Shown here: positions 1 to 14,875 of the stretch, one piece after another
Position numbering within the stretch: the stretch's first letter is position 1
Layout: each line of letters opens with the position of its first letter
From: Lingula anatina
Taxonomy: Eukaryota > Animalia > Brachiopoda
Direction: 5' to 3'
Assembly: GCA_051362555.1 (NCBI GenBank)
Contig: CM120641.1
Span: forward strand, 47,808,401-47,872,400
Length of the DNA stretch: 64,000 nt
Notes under the pieces: model-generated
Told to the model about the DNA's origin: nothing
Databases searched by the model: none
The model's input: only the letters and a program-made list of their open reading frames with translations
Made by a program: the position numbers and the translations under genes

Positions 1-103
1 ACGGTTATCTAATTTTTTATGTCGGAAGACGGTCAAAAATGTAGGATGGAGCAGCAAAGATAATTTGGAAGACTGTCAGAACATATCTCTGGATCTGCCC
101 CTG
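1..103 (-). mobile_element. Dispersed ~165-bp MITE-like repeat, family A (truncated by window edge)
   Basis: Reverse complement of the 832-996 element (shared core ...ctgacagtcttccaaattat...gtcttccga...); ends in GGATCTGCCCCTG. Confidence 0.6.
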
Positions 104-831
104 TACCACAGGCTTAGTTGTAATTGTGTTCTATCCAACAAACTTTTCTAAAGTGAACTTCTATCAGAGATGGATATCTTTACTATATTCTAAATTCAAT
201 AGTCTCTCAGGTTAGGCTATTTTATATATTTTGTCATGTGAAGTATCTTTCTGTGGCTGTTACCAGTGGAAACACCAGGGTTCAAGGCAGGTGAGCAAGA
301 ATTACCTGGTCATTTTGATCTCTAGTTATTGATTCTCTTGCTTTCCGTAACTTAAGTAATGGTTTGGATAACAAGCCGCGACCTCTGCTTGACACCCTTA
401 TTTGGATTAACAGTTACAAATATATATTAACAAGTCTTCCAAGGTTTATGTTATTCGATGTCTTGTAATTCCTTTTGCCTTCACCAATTGCTTGCTGTTA
501 CAAAAAGATGAGAAACGTGAAAAACTAAACAGAACACGAAACACCAATTATCAGGGATATGTGTTCTAAACATATTATGATTTCCACGATGACTTGGTGG
601 AAGGTTTTCTGAAGGTTCCAAGGTGTTGAACTCTGTGGTGAACCAGGCTTTCTACGGGTAGCTGGACCTGGGTGTACGTACCTTTCTCCAGTCATGACAC
701 AACGGGGACCTCATACAGGTATGGTATGGCAGGTGGGCAGCGAGCCTTTCACAACCAGGTTTTTAGGTTCTTCTGGTATCTTGTCATTGCTGGTTGTCTT
801 CTCTCTCATATTACTGGGACCACTTAATGCA

Positions 832-996
832 AGGGCAGATCCAGAGATATTTTCTGACAGTTTTCCAAATTATCTTTGTTGATCCATCCTCCATTTTTGA
901 CTGTCTTCTGAAAGAAAAAATTAGATACCCTTTGATGTAAACTTGAAAATCTTACCCTCTTCCGGAAGACCCATAAGACAGCCTCAATCTGCCCCC
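832..996 (+). mobile_element. MITE-like repeat, family A (GGGCAGAT...ATCTGCCC termini)
   Basis: Short terminal inverted repeats. Related copies at 1-103, 41768-41938 and 45782-45948. Confidence 0.65.
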
Positions 997-3900
997 GAAA
1001 TGTAACCTCTTTGTTACCCTCTACCAGGGCCTCAGAGAGTTTTTTCACAAGGTATTCTCAGATATTTCTTTGGCTAATTCTGTGCACACTTCAACACTGT
1101 GGCCAAAGAGGATTTTTGTGAAAAATGATGTCACAGCTCAGCAGTCTGTGGTAGGAAGCACCCTTATGTAATACTACAGGATAAAATATCAGCACCTCCA
1201 AAATGAGTACTTGTTTGTATCTAAAAACTCAAATAAGTACGAAGAAATTATAAGTGTGTTTGTTTAATTGTCAGTATTTAATTGTGTTATACATTTTTTT
1301 AAGAACGTGTGAAAGTCTGCAAATTAAACTGCTGTTGATGTCACTAATTTTTTATCCTCTGCAGGCCACAAATGAAGGCACGCAAATATAGCGGCACTGA
1401 CAGGAGGCCATTTTGTTTGAGCTTTTCACCTTTTTAATCTTATGTTGATTTTTTTCTTTTTCCTTTCCTGGATATCTTTAGAAGACGTCCACTTAAGGGA
1501 GCAAAAGGTAGTACTAGTCGATTTCAAGAGTCTGCCTCATTATTAGTTTTCCTACTTTTCTTTCACTGTTGTTGACCTTAAAGTGTTGAGATCTGAAATG
1601 GCACATTTTTATTTGAGACCTTTGGCCAGCGGTGGTAGAGGTGTTGTTAGGGCTTAGAACATGATCGTAACAGTAAAGCAGGAGAAATGGTCTGCTATTC
1701 TTTTCATAATCTTAAGCCAGCTGAAGGGTATATTTTTAACGTGTAGGTAAACAAAACTGGTTTCAAGTTTTCAGAAAAGTTAGAATTTCTGTAGGCCCTT
1801 CTTTGATGGTGTAGCCTTTGTATAATATCATTACACCGTAGTGCAGAAAAGGCTTCCCTTGGCTACTTGGTTGAATGCGTGCGCATGCGCATACGCCGTC
1901 TGACTTATTTTGTCTGCATATGGTATCAAAGGTGAAAGTGCACGCTGCAGTGAGCAGGCTGCAGAAGTAACGCCACCTGGGGGCTGTCAGACTGTTTTCA
2001 TGCTGGAGACATTGTCCTCCATGCTTTGATATGAAAGCCTGATAAATTTGTTGAAAGAGGTTTAGAAAAAAACTTGAGTGGTGGTCTTAAGTGATTAGTT
2101 ATGGACTTGAGAAGGGTTCTGAGTCTACACAAGTGGAATTACATAATTGCTAAGCTGCCTGTTTTAGCGTGTATTTCCGTGTGTGACTTAATCTTCATTG
2201 ACTAATAAAAAGATGATTGGTTTTTGGGATATAGAATGCTGTGCTGTAAATTGCTATAAATGAAAGTTCTTTTCCTTTGATTGATCATTGAAACAGGCAT
2301 CCCTTCATCAGAAAATATGTAGAATATATATCATGGTTTGTAAAGAATAGATTAAGATGACAGAAAAAATAGGGAAAATGTATTCATTTTAAATTTCATT
2401 TTAAAAACTTAAATTTCACACATTGAGAATGAGTTCAATTTTAATGAAATTCTTTAGGGAATAGTAATACAAATTTCATCCTAGTAAGTGACAAGATAAA
2501 TATTGTCTCCGAGTTATAACTGTGGTTCAGCAAATTCTAAGCTTAAACTGTGTCACCCTGGGAGAATTATAGGCGGTAAAATGTGGTCGTAGATTATTAT
2601 GTCACCAGGTCGTATTCTATTACATGCCTGCGTGTTGCATTAGGAATGCAGGTATAAATAGTCTGTCAAAGCTGTTCCAACACCCTCCCTCTGGCACTGT
2701 GAAGGTTTTTGAAAAAAAAAAAAACAGAATTTTGTGAAGGGAAAAAAGTTTAAAAACTTTCCGGTAAAGATGAACTCAAATAGCATGGAATGAGCATTCT
2801 AGTTTTGTAGGCTAGTCTGTTTTGTGTGCAGTGTCAAGGTTCAGCCAATATTGCTTAGGTCCCAGGCAGCTTGATTTTTAATGATTCTGTTATTCTCCTA
2901 AAATATTAATTGTCACCAGGTGGGTTGGTGTATAGAGGAATGGTATAAGCCACCAAGAATATAGCAGAGAGACTTTGCTTGATATGCTTTGGTGTGAATT
3001 TGTCATGTTGTGAGCAAAAGCCCTTTCACATTTTTCTTTTAAAGGTAGATGTTCATGTGCATCTCATAGTCGGATGATTGTACCAGCAGAGTTCAGGGCA
3101 TTGGCTATCCTTGACAAACTGTGTCAACAACATCAATAAACGGGCTCTACTTCTGATGATTGATTCATGCTGGTGTCATCATATGAATTGTGGATTTTTT
3201 TTTTTTTACATAGCCCTAAGGGAAATTGGCTTGTGTAGTATTCCATTGTCTAAATGACAACCCCAAAAACTGGTCCGTTCTCTCCTCGTATTAAGTGTAC
3301 CTCATGCACTCCAGTGCATGTCCATTTAGTTCAGCTGATAGCGGTCAGGAAATAGATAAATCACCCATTATCTGAGAAGTGTTTGATATTACTGCTCTGA
3401 TTAGCATGGCAAACCTGGCCTCGGAGACAGAAGCGAGTTTTACTGAACTATATCTGTATTAAGGTTGACATTTCATAATGAGTATGATGAGCCTTGTCCT
3501 CCCGTGTCCTGGTCAGGTGAAGTGAAGGTCAGGAAGACTTGGTCAGGTGAACGAGACCATCAGCAGTTCCAGTGAAGCGGTGAAACCAGGTCTCGGTTCA
3601 TTTGGACACGAAAGTGTTTACATATTTAGAATGGTACTATGTGCCTGGTAATTTCCTCTCGAGCCTGGCCAAAGTACAGCAATCTCAGGGCAGGTCACGT
3701 AAAGATAAATATAGGCGGGTTTGGCCATATTGTTTTTTCATGGCTGATTACAGTTTATGCTGTCAGATGGCTTTCAGGTCAGAGATGAGGGCTGTCCTGA
3801 TAGATGATTACAATGTTTCTGTGCAATTGACAGTAATGATTGTGTTTTTAAGGGGAAAAAAGAGGGATAGTTTACTCAGTTGATATGAACATTTGAAATG

Positions 3901-4879
3901 ATGCATATGCATTTAATGTGACATTAAATCACAGATATTTTAGATTCTTGGAAGTTATTATCATATTTGAGAGATTTCATAAAGTATTTATTTTTCTTCC
4001 CCTATCATGTTGTCCTTTGCATGCATTTAGTCATCCATGTACTGACATACACCTAAATTGAATGTTCTTTATGCTACATATATTTTTGTGTCTTTAAAAT
4101 CCAACTATTTTTACTTTACGTATTAATTTTGATTTTGTGTTATCGTCACATATTTCAAAGTACTTTGCCCTATCCCTTGTCTCCATTCAACTCTTTGCCC
4201 CTGCATCCCCCCCCCCCCCATCTCCATTCATCCCATAGTTTCCTCAACCCCCAACACACCCTCTTCCTCCACGTGGCCATTCAGTCCCTTGCCTGAGCCT
4301 CACCCCTTTCCTCTATCTGCATGGCCAGTCCATATCCCCTCCTCTACAAACACCACACACACATAGACCTGTGTTTTAAAAAGTCCATTATCTTAATAAT
4401 CTGACAGTTGAAAGGCCCTTTGCTGCCCCCTTGTACTTTATCTTAGCAGTATGTGTGATACTTTGTGATGGGACAAGTTGTCTCCATTATTTCTAGATGG
4501 CCATGAGTGGCATGTGATGGCAGATTCCCCACTCATGGCTGTCCTACATGAAATCCATCTCGCACTGTCTGATGGGAAGGCATAGGCAGCAGGGAGGAGC
4601 CCCTGTCTGAGGACATGGCGTGACCCGGGGCGTACCTTCAGGGTCACGGGTTCCGTGTAGAAAGGGCGTGTGGTACTGTAATTATTTTGGTCAAGTAAGC
4701 ATGACCCTCTCCCAGACCCTGACGCATAGCAGAGATGACTTCTCGTGGCGATGTGGTTCACTTACTCTGGAGAAAAGCTTTGAGAAATGATGGGCATGCA
4801 CAGACTTTTTAAAAGTTCGTGGAATCCATTAGTTTGGGATGAGGAAATTGGTAGTTGGGAGGCCCACAGTGGGGTGGCT

Positions 4880-5050
4880 GGGGTGGCACTAGCAATTTCT
4901 TTCCTTTAGCCAAATAACTAATTTTTCATCACTTTTTTGTCCAAATGGTTTAAATTTGACTAAAATAAGTCAAGTCAACCCTATTTCATTTAGCCAATTT
5001 CAGTCAGTTTTAGCATTTGGCTAAATTGGCAAGTGTTAACGCTACCCCAG
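4880..5050. mobile_element. Degenerate MITE-like dispersed repeat, family B
   Basis: The core catcacttttttgtccaaatggtttaaatttgactaaaataagtcaagtcaac recurs inverted at ~20668-20802. Confidence 0.4.
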
Positions 5051-7287
5051 GGTTGTATGTCTATAGGGAGTTCTCTAAAACAGAATAAATTCATGGTTTA
5101 GTAACATATCTCTTTTGATAAGACATAGACATATTCGAATGTTCCATCAAAGGTAAACATTTTTTAAAAGCAATATTAATTTTTTTTAAATGTTTTCCAG
5201 TATCATCACTTCTACTGTAAACCTAACATTTAGAATTCTAGACACTTGTAGATTCTGTCATCATGTCTTGCATTCACAAACCAACCTTAAAAGGTATCTT
5301 TCCAAGTAACAGCTTCCCTCAGGTATATTACATTATATATTCTTAAGGGGGAGTGGGGTGGGAGGACAGGCGATTAATTCTGAAGGGGGGGGGGGGGGTG
5401 GAAGAACTGGCAGTCCATTAGGTCAATGACCTGTCAGTTCCCTAGCTCTTCTATGATAATGTTCTGATCACTGGTCTTCAGTCTAATGAAAATGTGTGTT
5501 TGCGTGTGTGAGCACATGTAACTGTTGTTATCTGTTTGTGTGTGTGTGGGGGGGGGGGGGGGGGGGGGGCTGCATGTGACAGTCCTCTACAGATTCCCTA
5601 TGTTGTCATGTTATCCCCAAGAAATAAGATCTTTCATCCTCTCTGCCTGCACTTATTCATCAGTAAGATTGAAAGAGATCTTGTACATTTACATGTTCTT
5701 ATATTGTTCATGAAAAGTACATGTAACATCAGTGTAGGTTTTCTGATAGAAGTTGATTGTGTCACCGGAATAATTCTCACTTTGGTCATCATGTTACAAA
5801 GGTATGGTGTCAAAGAAACACTGTAGTCTCTTTCCTCTGGAAATTAATATTGTGGTGCAGCATCCATTTTGATATTTTAAATGAAGATTTAAGAATTTTG
5901 TGGTTTTATTTTTATTTTAATTGTTTTAATTAAAAAACCTTTACTAATTAAAATTAGGATAAAAAGATTGTTTTAATAGTGGTCAGTTTAATTTTCGGAT
6001 ATATATAACAGGTATCTTACATTTGGGTATCTATTTTTTAGTTTTTGACTTAAAATCATTAACATACAGATAGAGATCAAACAATATCAAACAAATGCCA
6101 CATTAATTAATCCTGGAATTGATAAGTTTATATATATTAATCTGAGATTAGTAATCATAAACTTGAACAAGTTGGTAAGTTTCAGTTGTTTCTCAAGTCC
6201 ATAATTGTCCAATGAATAACAACCTTCCTACCATCCTCTGTACAAGTTTTCACTTCAGGTCAATCACAAATCACTTTGTTCAGTGATGTCACTTCCTGCG
6301 CCAGGGTAGGCAGAGCGCAATTTTTCTAGGAAGAGATGTTATTTATTATAAGTTTTTACAAGATACAAATTATCAGTTCAAAATCAGCCAATAGAAAGCC
6401 AGTGTACAACATGTCTCCATTTCCTTGACAGTGTACAGGATTGGCGTTGTGTTTTATCTCCTATTTTCATTTTAGATAGTCGTTGCTAATGTCCAAAGAC
6501 ATGCTACATCCTTTATCTTGAATAAAAAAATTACTATCCCGTGTTCAAATATGTAAAAAAAAAAAAAATAATAATGGAAGGAATGTATGTTTCTGTACAT
6601 CTTGTTTAATCCAAGATGTAAAATATAAGTGCCCAGTTAATTCTTAGAGAATGATGGATGGTGAGTACTACAAAATATTATGGAGTCGAGGAGATTTTGT
6701 TATAGTATTTTTCTTTTTAATTTTTCTGATTGCCATAGCTATGTTTGTTGTCCATTTAAAGATGCAAGCTTTTCTCGAGAAGAAATTTCCACTTCACTGT
6801 GAATTATATCTCTCAACTTGAAGATTTGATCAAAATATTCAGCATTAACCCCACCCTCCCCTAGTGTTAAATTAAAACAGTTTCCAAAGTTAGATAATTT
6901 TCATCATCAGTATTTCTTGGATTGAAAACAAAAATTTACTAAGAATTTTCTTTGTTAAAGATGACACAGGAAAAATTTTTTAGTGTTTCAGACTATTAAA
7001 ACAGATGTTCACAACTAAAGATATGAAAGCTCCCTCTCTCCATCTCTCCAGAGCTTTCAGCCATTTTTAGAACCACAATTGCTGTAGAAAAACCATCAAA
7101 ATTTGAGATTTTGGAAGGAGGCTTCTACATGAATAATATGTTATAAAAAGATGACAATGAACTTTTGAAGGAAGAGCAAAAATATTAGAATAATCACAAC
7201 TGACAACTTGTTTTCTTTAAACAATTGAAAATAGGGAAGTTGACACTGGACATTTAAGAAAAATCATTGAAATATGCAATTGCAGTT

Positions 7288-10200
7288 TATTGTACCACCA
7301 GCGTTAGCGCTGGCGGTACACATGGTTTCGGTCCCGTCCGGATCGTTCCGCCGGCTCCGCCGGCTCCGCCGGACGGCTACCGTTACCGCTTCTCCTCCTA
7401 GACGGTAAGGGCCCCCGTGCCCATCTCATGGATTTAGGTCACCTATAATCTCAACTCATTACACGTAAAATTTGGGCTTTGTCGGTATTGGGGTCTGGGT
7501 GTGGCACTCATTACAATGCACCCTTGTCTAAAAATGGCAAAATTAAATGCTAATTATCTACCCTACAGAAGGAGTTATGGGAAAAATTTCTATAGACGGC
7601 TTTCCAAAAGTCATATGTGTAGATTTCAAATATACCCTTGGATTTGACCTTTGACCCTTACTTCAAGGTCAAATGGGCCAAAATTTTCAAAAAAATGAAA
7701 TTTTTTACGAAAAAAATTTTTTTTGCCCTGTTATTCAGACACTACACAGACTTAACCAATAATATTATTGGAAAGTGTTACCCTTCAGGTCATCTTTCAT
7801 CTCCATGAATTTGTGGTCAATCGGTGCATTTTCACGGGAGTAGCGGCCATAAGATACCGAAACTGAAAACTGTCTCTAATTCGGGAACCGTTAATGCTAG
7901 AGACCCATTCTTTTTTGCATTTTGTAGAGCATGTAAAGCCCAACACGGGGAGTGGTCTCGGTTTTTTTGTATTCCATACGGTTTTCGAGTTACGCTGTAT
8001 CAAAAAGTACATATTGGTGGTAAAAGCAAAATGTGCAGTACGGTAATGGATAATAAATTTTGAACTCTGGAAAAATAAAACATAAGGCTTGGCAAAGCAG
8101 ACAACTTGTGTTCAAAAATGACATTATTTCATCAAATTTGAACTTCTGAAACTTCAGAGCACCTCCTATTTCAAGAATTTTGACCAAAATGACATTTTCT
8201 TCATTTTAAATAATTTTTTTCTGTACGAAATTTAAGGCACATTATGTTAACTCCAAAATTATAACATTTAGTCCCTTATATCTCCAAAACTGGCAGAGAT
8301 AGGTCCATAGTTACTATTGAAGTTGAATAGGAAGTCATATACTGGCAATCTTACTGTGACCTTGAAATTGACCTTTGACCTACTTTTCACCATGAACTGA
8401 ACTTTGCAAATTTTGCTTCCCTTTTATCTCCAAAACTGGCAGAGATAGGTCCATAGTTACTATTGAACTTGAATAAGAAGTCATATACTGGCAATATAAA
8501 TGTGATCTTAAAATTGACCTTTGACCTACTTTTCACCATGAACTGAACTTTGCAAATTTTGCTTTCCTTTTATCTCCAAAACTGGCTGAGATAGGTCCAT
8601 AGTTAGTATTGAACTTGAATAGAAAGTCATATACTGGCAATCTAAATGTGACCTCGAAATTGACCTTTGACCTACTTTTCACCATGAACTGAATTTTGCA
8701 AATTTTGCTTCCCTTTTATCTCCAAAACTGGCAGAGATAGGTCCATAGTTACTATTGAACTTGAATAGGAAGTCATATACTGGCAATCTAAATGTGACCT
8801 TAAAATTGACCTTTGACCTACTTTTCACCATAAACTGAACTTTGCAAATTTTTCTTCCCTTTTATCTCCAAAACTGGCAGAGATAGGTCCGTAGTTACTA
8901 TTGAACTTGAATAGAAAGTCATATACTGGCAATCTAAATGTGACCTTGAAATTGACCTTTGACCTACTTTTCACCATGAATTGAACTTTGCAAATTTTGC
9001 TTTCCTTTTATCTCCAAAACTGGCAGAGATAGGTCCATAGTTACTATTGAACTTGAATAGGAAGTCATATACTGGCAATCTTAATGTGATCTTAAAATTG
9101 ACCTTTGACCTACTTTTCACCATGAATTGAACTTTGCAAATTTTTCTTCCCTTTTATCTCCAAAACTTGCAGAGATAGGTCCATAGTTACTATTGAACTT
9201 GAATAGGAAGTCATATACTGGCAATCTAAATGTGACCTTAAAATTGACCTTTGACCTTTTCACCATGAACTGAATTTTGCAAATTTTGCTTTCCTTTTAT
9301 CTCCAAAACTGGCTGAGATAGGTCCGTAGTTACTATTGAACTTGAATAGAAAGTCATATACTGGCAATCTAAATGTGACCTTAAAATTGACCTTTGACCT
9401 ACTTTTCACCATAAACTGAACTTTGCAAATTTTGCTTCCCTTTTATCTCCAAAACTGGCAGAGATAGGTCCATAGTTACTATTGAAGTTGAATAGGAAGT
9501 CATATACTGGCAATCTTACTGTGACCTTAAAATTGACCTTTGACCTACTTTTCACCATGAACTGAACTTTGCAAATTTTGCTTTCCTTTTATGTCCAAAA
9601 CTGGCAGAGATAGGTCCATAGTTCCTATTGAACTTGAATAAGAAGTCATATACTGGCAATATAAATGTGACATTAAAATTGACCTTTGACCTACTTTTCA
9701 CCATAAACTGAACTTTGCAAATTTTGCTTCTCTTTTATCTCCAAAACTGGCAGAGATAGGTCCATAGTTACTATTGAACTTGAATAGGAAGTCATATACT
9801 GGCAATCTAAATGTGACCTTAAAATTGACCTTTGACCTACTTTTCACCATAAACTGAACTTTGCAAATTTTGCTTCCCTTTTATCTCCAAAACTGGCAGA
9901 GATAGGTCCATAGTTACTATTGAACTTGAATAGGAAGTCATATACTGGCAATCTAAATGTGACCTTAAAATTGACTTTTGACCTACTTTTTACCATGAAC
10001 TGAACTTTGCAAATTTTGCTTCCCTTTTATCTCCAAAACTGGCAGAGATAGGTCCATAGTACCTATTGAACTTGAATAGGAAGTCATATACTGGCAATCT
10101 AAATGTGACCTTAAAATTGACCTTTGACCTACTTTTCATCATGAACTGAACTTTGCAAATTTTGCTTTCCTTTTATCTCCAAAACTGGCAGAGATAGGTC

Positions 10201-10772
10201 CATAGTTACTATTGAACTTGATAAGAAAGTCATATACTGGCAATCTAAATGTGACCTTGAAATTGACCTTTGACCTACTTTTCACCATGAACTGAATTTT
10301 GCAAATTTTGCTTCCCTTTTATCTCCAAAACTGGCAGAGATAGGTCCATAGTTACTATTGAACTTGAATAGGAAGTCCTATACTGGCAATCTAAGTGTGA
10401 CCTTGAAATTGAACTTTGACCTACTTTTTATCATGAAGTGAACTCTGCTAATTTCTTTCTCTTTTAACTTCAAACTTGACAGAGCTAGGTCCATAGTTAC
10501 TCTTGAACTTGAATAGGAAGTCATATACTGGCAATTTACTGTGACCTTGAAATTGACCCTTGACCTATCTTACGAAGAACTTAAATTTGATTGTACCATA
10601 TATATTTTTTGCAATAGTTTAAAAATTCTTGTTGATTGCATTTTTACAGCTTGTCAAGCACAAAACTGGTGGCTGTGTCCCTTTTTTTGTGTATGTGGGG
10701 GTCTATACGAATGCGCTTGCTCCAGCTGGTGGTACAATATTCGGAGGCGGTATCGCCTCTCTGATCCTCTAG
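7288..10772 (+). mobile_element. Non-autonomous Helentron/HINE-like element with central satellite array
   Basis: Perfect 15-bp subterminal inverted repeats: TATTGTACCACCAGC (7288-7302) and GCTGGTGGTACAATA (10725-10739). 5' hairpin TGTACCACCAGCG-ttag-CGCTGGCGGTACA, followed by short GGCTCCGCC repeats. 3' hairpin GAGGCG-gtat-CGCCTC (10744-10759), CTAG end, T-rich flanks. Related copy at 23278-24735. Confidence 0.8.
8275..10567. repeat. Tandem satellite, 146-bp unit, ~15.5 copies
   Basis: The motif tctccaaaactggc recurs at 8281, 8427, 8573 and onward (period 146). Units are highly similar and degenerate toward the 3' end. Confidence 0.95.
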
Positions 10773-12337
10773 TTTAAATCCAGTTTTAACACCAGTAATT
10801 TAAACTGTTTAACACACAGTAAATCAGTGGACCAGTCTAATCCATTGAGTGTAAACAAGCAGGTTCATATTTTACCTGAATGATAAGGTGAGATGAGATA
10901 AGATAAGATCAGCTAGTTGTTGTTGTTTACGATGTTCAGTTAGACCATGGCGTGTCCCTAACTGTCCTGTCCACTTGCCTACAGCAAACTGCTGAGGTCA
11001 GAAAGAGGCTGAAGGTCAAGGTTACCTTGATATTTTCTTACCTGAACATTTTGCACTAAAAAAACTGATATTTGAATTTTTTTTGGAAAAAATTCTTTTA
11101 AATTTCTTTTTTATTTAAAAAAATTGAATAGTTATTTTATATCTGGATGAAACTGATTTTTAAAACTATTTTACAGAGATCTTAATGAGATCCTAAAGAC
11201 AAAAGTTCTTCAAAAATGCTTGAAAACCATTCTGATTAATTTTTGATACTTTTTTTTAAATCTCAGCTTTACTTTTTCCCATGGAAACAATTCAGTGTAT
11301 CCTGAAACATTGTTCTAATTCTATTCAGTTTGAACTAATTCTTTTTGATTCTCTGCATCTGGCTCCATCTAGCTTCTGATTATGATCTCAAATAATGCTG
11401 TTGTTAAATTTTCAAAGAAGTTAAAATCTTTTTAACATGGCAGTTAAAGTCATTATAGTTACAGATAACAAAACTTTGTTTAAGAAAAAAATTGCAACCT
11501 CGGCCTTTTAGGACATTTTTGTGTTTTGAAGTAGGATAAAATATGATGATAGAAACACACTAAACATATGCCATATATAGCACAGTGCATGTTCTTCGAA
11601 TATTTCTTTCTGCTTTGAGCAGAATGTTATTGCTGAGGTCAAGGTCATTCTTGTCAGCTCCAAACAGCCTTGTTTACGGCGCTCTTGCAAAATGGACACC
11701 ATTTTGTGCTGTCAGCTTTGAATGAAGTGATAAAAGGACAAGGGTCTTGGTCACGAACAAGAATACATGTCTGAATATGTCTTCCGATTAAGGGAGTACA
11801 TCTTTTGTAGAAAAGATATACCATTGGGTGGAGAATGGGACCACGTGGGCAATTAAGAACTGAAAATGTAAATTTAATGCAGATATTAGGGGAGCTATTC
11901 GTGTCCATAGGCAACTAAATTCTTATTTTACCCTTTTTGAAATTTCTGTGTGTATCTTCTGTCTCAGACATCTCATTAATGATGTATTAACCTCAGTCTG
12001 TGTTCTTGATTGTGATGGTGTTTAGGATTACAATGACATGTAAAACATGTTCAACCCTGTACTTTACCTGGAAACATGAAAAATTCACAAAGATAGAGGT
12101 ATACTGCAAGTTGGTTAATACCAAAATCGCATGCTTGCAAATGTCTTTTTTTTTTCAGCTACGTAGGTAGACACCGCCATTTGACCCCACAGTGTCCTGA
12201 GCTGGTCCCCACCGCCCACTTTATTGATTATAGTTTGTAATTGTGTGTCCAGTCATATCCTAGATAGAGTATAATTTCCTGGTGGTTTGTATGGAGAACA
12301 GAAGTGGAAGGAAACTGTGCTTAAATGTGATGTTAGC

Positions 12338-12408
12338 ATGTGTGTGTGTGTGTACGTGTGTGTGTGTGTGTGTGTGTGTACGTATGTGTGTGTGTGTGTG
12401 TGTGTGTG
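12338..12408. repeat. Interrupted (TG)n microsatellite
   Basis: Directly visible. Confidence 0.9.
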
Positions 12409-14456
12409 TTAGTGCCCTTTAAGGATGACTCTTTGCTTCTGTGACCTGTTAGAACAGAATATCGGTTTTCATACCTGCATTGTGTGTCAATAGAAATAAT
12501 ATCTGATTCAGTCATTTACTGCTGGTTATTGATGCTTTAAATAAAACATGAAGCTTGTTTTTTTATTTTAAACTTTTAAAAAAAGATAAAATGACTTATT
12601 TAAATGTGCTGAGTTGTGTATGACAACTGAAAAACTGCAAAACATTCTTCGAACGGATTGATGTCCAATAAGAGACTTAACCAGAATATGGCTGCTAAAG
12701 GTGAAAGTGTCAGGTGTCTGGACTGTTGTTCCACACTGTCAGATTAGCAGTCGTAATCAAGAAAGTGAACTGGGGACAGCTTGATCCAGTGATCTCATTA
12801 CGTCTTTTGTTACATGCAGGGAGTGAGAATATCTTCTCCAAGTTATAGTTCAGCAATGTAGTTCAAAAATAGTTCAAGCAAGGTGACTGAGAAAAAGTAA
12901 CTTCTAGTGTTTTAGCAAGGTAATACTGAATGTTGACGGTTTTCATGAGTGTAATTGCGTTTATTGTTGGTTGGGGCAATTTGGTTTTCAAACAGGTGTC
13001 CGTTACACAATATTTCCACTCTCTCTCTCTGTTTAATAATTTGGAAGTTTCTTTTTAAGGGGTAAAGCTGAACTAGTTTTTGGCAGTTCATGCTAAATTT
13101 TTCTCAGAAATTTGGTTCCCAAAGAAAAACATTAATTAGCCAAGAATTATCCACATACTAGTTAATAAAGAGATGCTTTTTAACTTTTCCCACTGCTTTT
13201 TTTCAACACCATCTCTGTCTGCTTTTTGCCATGCTCTTATAGAGCTCCCCCCCCCCTCAAATCCCACACAGGCACATGTAAACTGTCCCCTCGCCATGTA
13301 GATTTTTATGCCTCACAATATATGTAGTTGTAGTTGTGACCTCCTGTGTACACTGAGTCCATGGTGAATCACTTTGTGTTAGCCTTCCATTAAGGAAATG
13401 ACCCACATGTACAAAGTGAATAAATCAGACGTCAAATGGCAGGTTGAATAAAGATCTTAAAAAGAGAGAGACGAACAGTGTAATTACCAGGATACTGAGG
13501 ACTATCAATGGCCGCCGTTCAGCAGACGACTTAAAAGATACGGTTTTACTGCGGTCTTTTTATGTCCATTTATGAAAAGTTCAGTCATTTTTAAAAAAGA
13601 ATGAAGAAACTTAAATTTCTTCTACTGAAAAACCTACAATGTTTTATATATTTAAAAGAAGTATGAAGATTAAAATCAAATCGGGTTTGAAACACTACCA
13701 TAGCCTAGAGAGTGGTTGATAACTTGATATGAAAGGGAAACAATACTGTTAACATAAAAATTAAGTTGATCATGTCCTGTATGATACTGTTAATATATCA
13801 AATTAAAGTGACCAGGTCCAATACGATACTGTTAGATATAAGAATTAAGTTGACCATCTCCCATTCATGTAGGAGGATCACTGGGTCTTTGTTAACCTGT
13901 ATTAATCTGGTTGGGTAGAGCAGTGAAGCTGAAAACCAGATCAGGGCAGATTAACTAGGACAGCATACAGTACCCTTGACCAGGGCAGGCATAATCTGAT
14001 ATGGACAGATATATGTACACAGTCATGTGGTATTGGACAAGATCAAGTGTAACCGCCATATTTTATGTTAAGTAGCTACGTCAGGACTGAGGTCAGGCCA
14101 GGCCAATGCGCTGTAAAGGCCGAGTTCAGGTAAAGCCGCGAGGTCAGTCTAGGTGATCTGGCATTAGCGGTGTGGATTAGTTCAGTTGTATCAGAGTATT
14201 CCAGCCAACAAGACCACTTTTATGCTACACTTGAACCAGCTATGGCTGGACATCTTAGGATTTGACTTAAGTAGATAATCTTATTGTGAAGACTTTGTTC
14301 ACCAAGAGGACGTCATACTTTGGTTTTGCTGACCTGTGGAGATCATTTTCTCCAGTTTTGATACGTGACCATGTGGTTAATGGATGTTAATGACAACTGT
14401 ACTGGAGTGGCTAGTCTGGCCAACTGCTTGACCAACCTGGGTAAGTAAGAGGGGGA

Positions 14457-14875
<419 letters not shown>

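Noticed and set aside
7797-8187. Short ORFs shared between the 7.3-kb and 23.3-kb elements (also 10541-10777 and 24487-24735)
   Set aside because: The similarity reflects the non-coding repeat. Frames are not conserved and there are no transposase or Rep/helicase motifs.
8275-10567. Regularly spaced repeats resembling a CRISPR array
   Set aside because: Whole units repeat with no unique spacers, there are no cas genes, and the context is a eukaryotic intron.
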